This document shows, piece by piece, positions 20,202-28,222 of a stretch of DNA of 64,000 nucleotides (its first letter is position 1; every line of letters starts with the position of its first letter). Source of the DNA: an uncultured Clostridia bacterium (GTDB taxonomy: Bacteria > Bacillota > Clostridia > HGM11514); the NCBI GenBank assembly GCA_934464705.1, contig CAKSKB010000013.1:139-64138 (forward strand), read 5' to 3'. Under the pieces are notes generated by a model. The model made no database searches and was not told where the DNA came from. It was given only the letters and a program-made list of their open reading frames with translations. Position numbers and translations under genes: made by a program.

Positions 20202-20636
20202 TTGACTGTAGATACGATAAAAAACGGTATTGTTCTTGACCACATAACAGCCGGGCGCGGCATGGAGATTTATAAGTTTCTAAACCTCGAAGGCTTGGGC
20301 TGTACGGTTGCGCTGCTTCAGAATGTGCCGAGCGGGCTGCTTGGGCGTAAGGATATTATAAAAATAGATACCGAACTTGATTTTGACATTGATATGCTCG
20401 GCTACATAGACCCCGGTGCTACGGTAAATATTGTGAAGGACGGAAAGGTTACGGAGAAAAAACATCTGGAACTTCCGGAAAGAATAGTGAATGTGCTGAA
20501 GTGCAGAAACCCGAGGTGTATAACAACCACGGAGCAGGGCATCGACCATATCTTCAAGCTGACAGATAAGCAAAGCGGCACATACAGGTGTATATACTGC
20601 GAATCAAAAGCAAAAAAAGAGAATATATTTATTTGA
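20202..20636 (+). CDS. pyrI: aspartate carbamoyltransferase regulatory subunit
   Basis: 144 aa with a C-terminal Zn-binding cluster CRNPRCIT...CIYCE. Confidence 0.8.
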   Translation: MTVDTIKNGIVLDHITAGRGMEIYKFLNLEGLGCTVALLQNVPSGLLGRKDIIKIDTELDFDIDMLGYIDPGATVNIVKDGKVTEKKHLELPERIVNVLKCRNPRCITTTEQGIDHIFKLTDKQSGTYRCIYCESKAKKENIFI

Positions 20637-20703
20637 AAGCATTGATTTTTTCAGCGTACTGTGATATACTTATCAATGCAATATGTTTTTGAGGAGGATT
20701 TAT

Positions 20704-21588
20704 ATGAAAAAAACATTGTTTACAGGTGCCGGTACGGCTCTTGTTACGCCTATGAATGAAAACGGCGTGGACTTTGACGCGTACGGCAAAATTATTGATT
20801 TTCAGATAGAAAACGGTGCGGACGCACTCATCGTATGCGCTACCACCGGCGAAGCACCTACTCTTGATGATGACGAGCATCTTGAAGCAATTTCGTATGC
20901 GGTTGACAGGGTTAAAAAGAGAATCCCGGTTATTGCCGGAACCGGCAGCAATAACACCGCTCATGCAATTATGATGAATAAAGAAGCCGAAAAAAGGGGA
21001 GCTGACGGGCTTTTGTGGGTTTCCCCCTATTACAACAAGGCAACGCAGAAGGGGCTTTTGCTGCACTATAAAGCGCTTGCGGCGTCTACCTCTCTCCCGG
21101 CGATTCTTTATAATGTTCCGTCAAGAACCGGTGTTAATATTAAACCCGAAACAATCGAGGAACTTTCTTACATAGATAACATCTGCGGCGTTAAGGAAGC
21201 GTCGGGCGATGTTTCGGTTGCGGTTGATATTTTAAGACGCTGCGGCGACAGAATTGATTTGTATTCGGGAAATGACGATATAATCGTTCCGCTTATGAGT
21301 ATAGGTGCAAAGGGCGTTATATCTGTAATTTCCAATGTTATGCCGAAGGAAACTCACGATATGTGCAAGCTGTGCTTTGACGGCGATTTCCGTGCGGCTG
21401 CTCAGAAGCAGATGGAATATTTTCCGTTTATAAAGGCGCTTTTCTGTGAGGTGAACCCTATTCCGATAAAGACGGCAATGAACCTTATGGGGCTTAATGC
21501 AGGAAAGCTGAGGCTTCCTCTTTGCGATATGAGCGATACGAATCTGGAACTTTTAAAATCTGAAATGAAAAAACTTTCCCTTATCTGA
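20704..21588 (+). CDS. dapA: 4-hydroxy-tetrahydrodipicolinate synthase
   Basis: Motifs GTTGE and the Schiff-base lysine region ICGVKEASGD. The RBS GAGGAGGA precedes the ATG. Confidence 0.9.
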   Translation: MKKTLFTGAGTALVTPMNENGVDFDAYGKIIDFQIENGADALIVCATTGEAPTLDDDEHLEAISYAVDRVKKRIPVIAGTGSNNTAHAIMMNKEAEKRGADGLLWVSPYYNKATQKGLLLHYKALAASTSLPAILYNVPSRTGVNIKPETIEELSYIDNICGVKEASGDVSVAVDILRRCGDRIDLYSGNDDIIVPLMSIGAKGVISVISNVMPKETHDMCKLCFDGDFRAAAQKQMEYFPFIKALFCEVNPIPIKTAMNLMGLNAGKLRLPLCDMSDTNLELLKSEMKKLSLI

Positions 21589-21601
21589 ACGGAGGCTAAT
21601 A

Positions 21602-22453
21602 ATGACAAAAGAAAATAAAGCGGCAGACTTTTTATGGATGAATCTCGGTGTGCTGCTGCTTTCTGTCGGTGTGTACTTCTTCAAAATTCCGAACGGTTTT
21701 TCACCCGGAGGGGTAAGCGGTATCGGTACGATTTTGGGTAAAATTACGCCGAATGTGTCCCCGTCCGTGTGGATTATGATAATCAATATACTGCTGCTGT
21801 TTGTCGGATTCATCGTTTTGGGAAAAGGCACCGGCGGCAAAACGGTTTACTGCAGCATGATGTTTTCGCTGCTTACGGTGCTTTTTGAAAGATTTATTCC
21901 GCTTTCGCACCCTATCAGCAATCAGCCGTTTCTGGAACTTTGCTACGCAATGCTTCTGTCGGCTTTGGGTTCTGCGCTGATGTTTGACAAGGGCGCTTCG
22001 TCGGGCGGCACGGATATAGTTGCGCTTATCTTAAAAAAACACACGAGCATGAATGTAGGAAAAGCGCTGCTTGCGGTTGACTCGTTAATTGCGGTAAGTT
22101 CGTTTTTTGTATTTGATATACAAACCGGTCTTTTTTCGCTTCTCGGGCTTTTTGCCAAAGCGTTTTTGGTTGACAGTATTATCGAAAGCATCAACAGCTT
22201 TAAGTATTTTGTCGTGATAACCGAAAAAGGCGATGAGGTGTCGGAATATATAATAAAAACGCTTCATCACGGTGTGACCGTTAATGAAGCTGTCGGGGCG
22301 TTTACTCACACGCAGAAGTATATGATTCATACGGTTTGCAGGAGAATTGAAGCAATTCGCCTGAAAAAAGAGATTAAAAAAATTGATGAACATTCGTTTG
22401 TTATCATAACAACTACAAGTGAAATTGTAGGCAGAGGATTCAGAGGCGTTTAA
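21602..22453 (+). CDS. YitT-family membrane protein (DUF161 + DUF2179)
   Basis: Multi-TM N-terminus with GG motifs and a C-terminal soluble DUF2179-like domain. Confidence 0.6.
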   Translation: MTKENKAADFLWMNLGVLLLSVGVYFFKIPNGFSPGGVSGIGTILGKITPNVSPSVWIMIINILLLFVGFIVLGKGTGGKTVYCSMMFSLLTVLFERFIPLSHPISNQPFLELCYAMLLSALGSALMFDKGASSGGTDIVALILKKHTSMNVGKALLAVDSLIAVSSFFVFDIQTGLFSLLGLFAKAFLVDSIIESINSFKYFVVITEKGDEVSEYIIKTLHHGVTVNEAVGAFTHTQKYMIHTVCRRIEAIRLKKEIKKIDEHSFVIITTTSEIVGRGFRGV

Positions 22454-22806
22454 AAAAACATTCTGATTGCTCCCAAGGCCATAAGTGCGCCGAATATTTT
22501 TGTTATATATTTTGGCTTTAGCTTTTTTAAAAGAACGGCTCCCGTGAGCCCTCCCAAAATTCCCCCTATGCTTGTGAAAACAGCGGGCATAAGGGGGATT
22601 TTTCCGTGCATTAGGTAAATTATAATGCTTACGGCGGACAGAGGGAGTATAACCATGATTGCGGTTGCGTGGGCGATTTTGGTATCACACCCGAACATCT
22701 TTTTCAAAAGAAGAACAGCCGCAACGCCGCCGCCCGAACCGAAAAATCCGTTCAGACTTCCTGTGATTGCGCCTGCCGCACAATATTTTATCCATTTATT
22801 TTTCAT
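22450..22806 (-). CDS. TSUP (TauE/SafE) family permease, C-terminal 4-TM half
   Basis: 118 aa containing the GSGGGVAAVLLL motif. Its ATG lies inside the last codons of the upstream half-gene. Confidence 0.55.
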   Translation of the reverse strand: MKNKWIKYCAAGAITGSLNGFFGSGGGVAAVLLLKKMFGCDTKIAHATAIMVILPLSAVSIIIYLMHGKIPLMPAVFTSIGGILGGLTGAVLLKKLKPKYITKIFGALMALGAIRMFF

Positions 22807-23158
22807 TGCTTTGCTCCTTGGAAAAAATCTGATAAATACCGGTTATGAACAGAAATACGGCAAAAATTTTGCGGAGAATTCCGGATTTCAGCGTTACGGA
22901 AAGCCAGCTTGCTGCAATTGCCCATGGCAGAGAAAACATAATGAGCTTCAGGGCATATGAAAACTTGATTTTTTTATTTTTGATATGGATAATAAGCGCC
23001 GCTGCTGCCGTCGGCAGAAAATACAGCAGATTAATGCCCTGCGCTTCATGCTGACCGAGAGATGTGAAAATTGCCAGCAGCGGTATCAGAATAACTCCGC
23101 CGCCTATTCCCATTCCGCTTATTATTCCCGAAATAAATCCGAATACAGCGTTTAGCAT
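22796..23158 (-). CDS. TSUP (TauE/SafE) family permease, N-terminal 4-TM half
   Basis: 120 aa containing the GMGIGGGVILIPLL motif. Confidence 0.55.
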   Translation of the reverse strand: MLNAVFGFISGIISGMGIGGGVILIPLLAIFTSLGQHEAQGINLLYFLPTAAAALIIHIKNKKIKFSYALKLIMFSLPWAIAASWLSVTLKSGILRKIFAVFLFITGIYQIFSKEQSNEK

Positions 23159-23198
23159 AAATTCTCACCTTTTATGTAGCGGCATATGCCGCTTTTAA

Positions 23199-23744
23199 TC
23201 AGTCTTCCATTTGTTTCCCGAGGAATGCTGCCGCGCTCTGCGCAAGCTTTTCTTCGACATCAGAGCATGACGGCGTTTCGTCCGACCCGAAAAATACTAC
23301 CGAACCTATCGTGTCGCCGGCGGAGATTATAGGCGCTATGACACCGGCAAGATATTTATCGTTGCCGTCAACCACGCTGAGGCGTTTTGAACTTTCGGGC
23401 TTATAAACCACAGAAGTTTTTTCCTCAATGATTTTTTCAAGGTCCTGTGATATTCTTTTTTCGTTAAAGTCACGCTTAGGAACTCCGCTTACGGCAATTA
23501 CAGTGTCCATATCCGTTATGCACGCAGGGCAGCCGCTTGTTTTTGAAAGAGTTTCGGCATACTGCGAAGCGAAAAGTCCAAGCTCGCCGATAGGGGAATA
23601 CTTTTTAAAAATAACCTCCCCGTCCTTTTCCGTAAAAATCTCAAGCGGGTCGCCTTCGCGTATTCTCAGGGTTCTTCGGATTTCCTTGGGGATAACAACT
23701 CTTCCGAGGTCATCGATTCTTCTGACAATTCCGGTTGCTTTCAT
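23199..23744 (-). CDS. spoVT: stage V sporulation protein T (AbrB-type swapped-hairpin + GAF)
   Basis: MKATGIVRRIDDLGRVVIPKEIRRTLRIREGDPLEIF is the AbrB/SpoVT N-domain, followed by a GAF-like C-domain. The RBS AAGGAG precedes the start. Confidence 0.8.
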   Translation of the reverse strand: MKATGIVRRIDDLGRVVIPKEIRRTLRIREGDPLEIFTEKDGEVIFKKYSPIGELGLFASQYAETLSKTSGCPACITDMDTVIAVSGVPKRDFNEKRISQDLEKIIEEKTSVVYKPESSKRLSVVDGNDKYLAGVIAPIISAGDTIGSVVFFGSDETPSCSDVEEKLAQSAAAFLGKQMED

Positions 23745-23838
23745 ATATAAAAAACTCCTTTTGTATTTTAGTAACAAAGCTATTGTTTGCATACAAAAGG
23801 AGTTTTATGTAATTTTATTGTTGGAAAAATTTTAATGT

Positions 23839-24672
23839 TCAGGCATTCTGTGCATAATATGCAGCTTCTTCGGCTTTAACTGCCTTGTGGTGAATAATTC
23901 TGAAATAAACCGAAGCTGCAAATGCGATTATCGTGAGTATAACAAACACAAACTGAACGGTAAATACAGTTGAATTCATGTCCTTAAAAATACTGTAAAT
24001 AAACATCTGCGGTGTTGTAGAACCCATAAATCCGTTTATGTGAGCAATAAGACCTGTTACGATAAAAGCAAACGGGAACACAAGGAAAAAGCCTCTCTTG
24101 CTGAATACAACTACAAGAACCGCACCTGCAATACCGAGAACAAACATAAGAACCGGGAAGAGAACAACATCGTTAATGTCATACTCAACATCCTGAACTC
24201 TGTAATACTTGCTCTTCATTTCGGAAATGAAATCCTTCGCTGTGGGGTGCTGCGGGAACCAGATAAGCTTTGCGGGAGAGTTATATGCAGTCCACTCAAC
24301 ATCAAACGAAGGGTCGGAATCCGCCGTTATATTATATGTAGTGCTGCCTCTTTTATCCTTGTCGGTTGAAATGAGTTTATATCCCATTTCATCGATAAGA
24401 GTCTGTTTGATTTCGTTATCAGAGCCTTTAAGCGCTTTAAGGTCAATTTCCTTACCGCCGCTTACGCATTTAACATCTTTGATATCATAGCTTTCGTTGT
24501 TTAATTTAACATTGCCGCTGTTTATAGCATTGATAAACTCGGATGACGATTGCGTTTCCGCATAATCATGCTTGTTGATAGCAACAAACATCAAAGCCAC
24601 ATAAACAATCATAATTGCAGCCATAATGACGGATGTCAGTGTAATAAATTTTTGACTTGTTTTCTTTCCCAT
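23839..24672 (-). CDS. hypothetical membrane protein
   Basis: 277 aa with an N-terminal TM helix, an extracytoplasmic middle domain and about four C-terminal TM helices. Confidence 0.5.
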   Translation of the reverse strand: MGKKTSQKFITLTSVIMAAIMIVYVALMFVAINKHDYAETQSSSEFINAINSGNVKLNNESYDIKDVKCVSGGKEIDLKALKGSDNEIKQTLIDEMGYKLISTDKDKRGSTTYNITADSDPSFDVEWTAYNSPAKLIWFPQHPTAKDFISEMKSKYYRVQDVEYDINDVVLFPVLMFVLGIAGAVLVVVFSKRGFFLVFPFAFIVTGLIAHINGFMGSTTPQMFIYSIFKDMNSTVFTVQFVFVILTIIAFAASVYFRIIHHKAVKAEEAAYYAQNA

Positions 24673-24763
24673 TTCAAAAATCCTTTCGAGAATAGTTTAT
24701 TAATATACATTATATACTCTTTTTGGAATATTGTCAATACCAAATAGAGTATTTTTTAAAAAA

Positions 24764-25246
24764 TTATCCGTGAAAAACAATGTCCGCAAAGCGCATGGAG
24801 ATAAGCTTTGCAAGATCAGCCGGGGAAAGCTTTACCTGAAGCCCGATCCGCCCTCCGCTGACATAAAAATAAGGAAGGTTTTCTGCCGAAGCGTCGGCAA
24901 CGGTCACAAACTGCTTTTTCATGCCGACCGGAGAGCAGCCGCCCCTTATATAGCCCGTAAGCTTATTTATTTCGGCAACATGAATCATCTCAACGCTTTT
25001 TTCGCCGACTGCTTTTGCCGCAGCCTTGAGATTAAGTTCTTTTGCAACCGGGATTACAAAAACATAGTGATTTTTGCTGTGCCCGACCGTTACAAGCGTT
25101 TTGTATACAAAATCGGGGTTCTGATTCATTTTTTCGGCAACCGAAATGCCGTCTATATGCCCGTCGGACGCATCGTAAGTGAAATATTCATAATTGATTT
25201 TTGCGCGGTCCAGAATACGCATTGCGTTGGTCTTGTCGAATTTCAT
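24764..25246 (-). CDS. ybaK: Cys-tRNA(Pro)/Cys-tRNA(Cys) deacylase YbaK
   Basis: MKFDKTNAMRILD...GYIRGGCSPVGMKK matches the YbaK/EbsC family. The start is taken at the internal ATG with the RBS AAGAGG. Confidence 0.75.
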   Translation of the reverse strand: MKFDKTNAMRILDRAKINYEYFTYDASDGHIDGISVAEKMNQNPDFVYKTLVTVGHSKNHYVFVIPVAKELNLKAAAKAVGEKSVEMIHVAEINKLTGYIRGGCSPVGMKKQFVTVADASAENLPYFYVSGGRIGLQVKLSPADLAKLISMRFADIVFHG

Positions 25247-25256
25247 ATTTCGCCTC

Positions 25257-25763
25257 TTATTCGATAATTTCGGGTTCGTCAATCGGTTCATCGTCGGATA
25301 CCGTGACGGATTTTATAACGATGTCATCAACCGGTCTGTCGCCGAAGGAGGTTCTTGTTTCCGCAATTTCATCTACTACCTCCATGCCGGATGTAACTTC
25401 GCCGAATGCCGCATACTGACCGTCAAGGTGGGGTGCGTCCTTATGCATGATAAAGAACTGCGAGCCGGCGCTGTTGGGGTCCATTGCCCTTGCCATGGAG
25501 ATTACGCCGCGCTTGTGCGCAAGGGAATTAGGTACGCCGTTTGCAAGAAATTCGCCTTTTATCGAATATCCCGGACCGCCCATTCCGGTTCCGTCGGGGC
25601 AGCCGCCCTGTATCATAAAACCTTCTATTACCCTATGAAAAATAAGCCCGTCATAAAAGCCGTGCCTTGCCAGCGAAATAAAATTCTTCACCGTGTTCGG
25701 CGCAGCCTCTCTGTTCATTTTAAGCTCAATTTTGCCGCCGTTTTCCATTTCGATTGTTACCAT
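25257..25763 (-). CDS. ppiB: cyclophilin-type peptidyl-prolyl cis-trans isomerase
   Basis: FHRVIEGFMIQGGCPDGTGMGGPGY cyclophilin signature. Confidence 0.85.
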   Translation of the reverse strand: MVTIEMENGGKIELKMNREAAPNTVKNFISLARHGFYDGLIFHRVIEGFMIQGGCPDGTGMGGPGYSIKGEFLANGVPNSLAHKRGVISMARAMDPNSAGSQFFIMHKDAPHLDGQYAAFGEVTSGMEVVDEIAETRTSFGDRPVDDIVIKSVTVSDDEPIDEPEIIE

Positions 25764-25788
25764 TTTGTCAAATCCTTTCTGATGTACA

Positions 25789-25962
25789 TTATTGTTTGTC
25801 AACGATTTCTATATCGTTAAGCATTTCCTTTACCTGCGATTTTATTTCGGCTAAATATTCCGCACGGAGCAGCCGGCGTTCTTCTTTTTCGCCGGCCGTC
25901 AGCACCCTTTTTCTCGAAATTGCCGTAAGCTCGCTTATTCTATCAAGCTTAATTCTGTCCAT
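25789..25962 (-). CDS. small UPF0291/DUF896 (YnzC-like) protein, 57 aa
   Basis: Manual translation gives MDRIKLDRISELTAISRKRVLTAGEKEERRLLRAEYLAEIKSQVKEMLNDIEIVDKQ*. It is absent from the ORF track because the track has a 60-aa cutoff. Confidence 0.55.
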   Translation of the reverse strand: MDRIKLDRISELTAISRKRVLTAGEKEERRLLRAEYLAEIKSQVKEMLNDIEIVDKQ

Positions 25963-26094
25963 TAAATCACATCCCTAAAACAATTATATAGGTAAATTTG
26001 CAATATGTCAATAATTTTTTTGCAAAAACAGTTGATTTATCGGACGGAATCTGTTATAATATTGAATGAAATATTTTACAGAGGTGAATTTTTT

Positions 26095-26820
26095 ATGTCA
26101 GGACATTCCAAGTGGAATAATATTAAGAACAAAAAAGAAAAGACCGATGCTGCGCGCGGTAAGATTTTTACCAAAATAGGCAGAGAAATTGCCGTTGCCG
26201 TCAAGGCGGGAGGACCTGACCCTGCCTCAAATTCAAAGCTCAAGGATATAATTGCGAAGGCAAAGGCAAACAATATGCCCAATGATAATATCGAAAGAAG
26301 TATCAAAAAGGCTTCGGGTGAGCTTGGCGCTACCGAATTTTTTGAGTTTTCTTACGAAGGCTACGGTCCTTCGGGCGTTGCGGTAATCGTCGATATAATG
26401 ACCGATAACAAAAACCGTATTGCAAGCGAGGTTCGCCATGCCTTTGATAAATTCGGCGGCAATCTCGGGCAGACGGGCTGCGTTGGTTTTATGTTTGATA
26501 AAAAAGGCGTTATCGCCATTGAGGAACAGGACGGCGTTGATGAGGACACCGTTACAATGGCTGCTCTGGAAGCCGGTGCGGACGATGTTTCGTACGATGA
26601 CGGCGTGTTTGAGGTGCTTACGGATCCGGAGGATTTTTCCGCAGTGCGTGAAGCCCTGGAGGCCGACGGCTATGAATTTATAAGCGCCGAGGTCGAGATG
26701 GTTCCGCAGACCTATGTTAAGCTTGATGACGAAAAGGATGCGGCAAACATGGAAAAAATGATTGATATGCTGGAAGACAACGATGATGTTCAGCATGTTT
26801 GGCACAACTGGGAAGAATAA
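26095..26820 (+). CDS. YebC/PmpR family DNA-binding transcriptional regulator
   Basis: [14 protein letters not shown] start and a length of about 241 aa. Confidence 0.85.
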   Translation: MSGHSKWNNIKNKKEKTDAARGKIFTKIGREIAVAVKAGGPDPASNSKLKDIIAKAKANNMPNDNIERSIKKASGELGATEFFEFSYEGYGPSGVAVIVDIMTDNKNRIASEVRHAFDKFGGNLGQTGCVGFMFDKKGVIAIEEQDGVDEDTVTMAALEAGADDVSYDDGVFEVLTDPEDFSAVREALEADGYEFISAEVEMVPQTYVKLDDEKDAANMEKMIDMLEDNDDVQHVWHNWEE

Positions 26821-26830
26821 TTTTACTTTG

Positions 26831-26874
26831 AAAATCTCCGAAAATAACCATGCATTATTTTTGGAGATTTTTTA
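26831..26874 (+). terminator. strong rho-independent terminator
   Basis: 17-bp stem AAAATCTCCGAAAATAA / TTATTTTTGGAGATTTT with a 7-nt loop, followed by a T-run. Confidence 0.7.
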
Positions 26875-26889
26875 TATAGGTGATTAATT

Positions 26890-27576
26890 TTGAACATTAC
26901 AGACGAGCTTTTTAGACTGAGGGACGAAAAATACAAGGAGTTTCACTCGAAACTGATACCGAATATTCCTCCCGAAACCATTATCGGGGTGAGAACGCCC
27001 GTTTTGAGGAAGTTTTCCAAGGAGATTTTCGGTACGCCCGAGGCGGAGGCGTTTGTGTCGGTTCCCGAAAAACACAGATACTATGATGAAAAGAATCTGC
27101 ATGCCATGCTGATTGAGCCGATTAAGGATTTTGATACCGCTATGGATTTCTGCGAAAAGTTTTTGGGGATTATCGACAACTGGGCGACCTGCGATATGTA
27201 TTCGCCGAAGGCTTTCGGGAAAAACACATCAAGGCTTGAACCTAAAATCCGCGAGTGGATGAAATCAGACAAGGTATATACCGTCAGATTTTCAATGAAC
27301 ATGGCTATGCGGTATTTTCTCGGTGATAATTTCAGTCCTGAATTTATGCGTATGATTGCCGCAATCCGCTCCGATGAGTACTATATTAATATGATGATTG
27401 CGTGGTATTTTGCCACGGCGCTTGCAAAGCAGTATGACGCTGCGGAAAAGTATATTTCGGGGCGCCGCCTTTCGCCGTGGGTGCATAACAAGGCAATTCA
27501 AAAGGCGATTGAAAGCAGACGGATTACCGGTGAGCAAAAATCATATCTCAGAACGCTTAAAGTTAAGGACAGGTGA
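26890..27576 (+). CDS. DNA alkylation repair protein (AlkD/AlkC-like HEAT-repeat)
   Basis: 228 aa helical-repeat protein. TTG start preceded by the RBS AGGTGA. Confidence 0.6.
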   Translation: MNITDELFRLRDEKYKEFHSKLIPNIPPETIIGVRTPVLRKFSKEIFGTPEAEAFVSVPEKHRYYDEKNLHAMLIEPIKDFDTAMDFCEKFLGIIDNWATCDMYSPKAFGKNTSRLEPKIREWMKSDKVYTVRFSMNMAMRYFLGDNFSPEFMRMIAAIRSDEYYINMMIAWYFATALAKQYDAAEKYISGRRLSPWVHNKAIQKAIESRRITGEQKSYLRTLKVKDR

Positions 27577-27580
27577 GTTT

Positions 27581-28204
27581 ATGACCGCTAAAAAAAGATT
27601 TGAAAATTTTTGGTATTATCATAAAAATCATGTTATTATAGTGTGTGTTTTGGCCGTATTTGTAATTATAATTTCGTATCAGATGTTTTCTAAAACGAAT
27701 TATGACAATACGGTTGTGGTTGCCGGGAATATCCCTGCGACGCTGGCGGATGATACGCAGTTTGTGAAAGATATTTCGCCTGTGTTCAAAGATGTCAACG
27801 GTGACGGTGAGGTAAACATCAATACCACATTTATTCCGTTCGGCGGTGAAATTGGCTCGACAACCGATGCGGAAATGGCTCTTGCGTATCCGCAGCAGCT
27901 GCAGGCGGTTCTGGCGGCGGACGATGCAAATATTTTCATCGTGACAGAGGATATTCTCATAAGCTACGGCCGTGACAAGGCTTTTGCCGATGTATCGGAT
28001 ATTCAGAGGGAACTCGGATTGACGGACTGCAAATACCAAAACGGTATACTTATAAAAAACCGTGAGCTCATTTCGGCACTTTCGCTTTATGACGATGTGG
28101 ATTATTATATTGCGGTAAGGGTGAATGACGGGCTTTCAAAGCTTACGGGCAGCAAAAAAATAAAATATATAAATGCATATAATTTTATGCGCGAGCTTGC
28201 ATAA
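27581..28204 (+). CDS. membrane-anchored hypothetical protein
   Basis: N-terminal TM helix VIIVCVLAVFVIIISY followed by a soluble domain. It is the first gene of a tightly spaced four-gene cluster. Confidence 0.5.
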   Translation: MTAKKRFENFWYYHKNHVIIVCVLAVFVIIISYQMFSKTNYDNTVVVAGNIPATLADDTQFVKDISPVFKDVNGDGEVNINTTFIPFGGEIGSTTDAEMALAYPQQLQAVLAADDANIFIVTEDILISYGRDKAFADVSDIQRELGLTDCKYQNGILIKNRELISALSLYDDVDYYIAVRVNDGLSKLTGSKKIKYINAYNFMRELA

Positions 28205-28222
28205 TAACGGGAGGGGATAAAA

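Noticed and set aside
27398-27580. Upstream extension of the 27398..28204 ORF (track start MRGILPRR...)
   Set aside because: The extension overlaps the 3' end of the AlkD-like gene in another frame. An ATG at 27581 followed immediately by a TM helix is the credible start.
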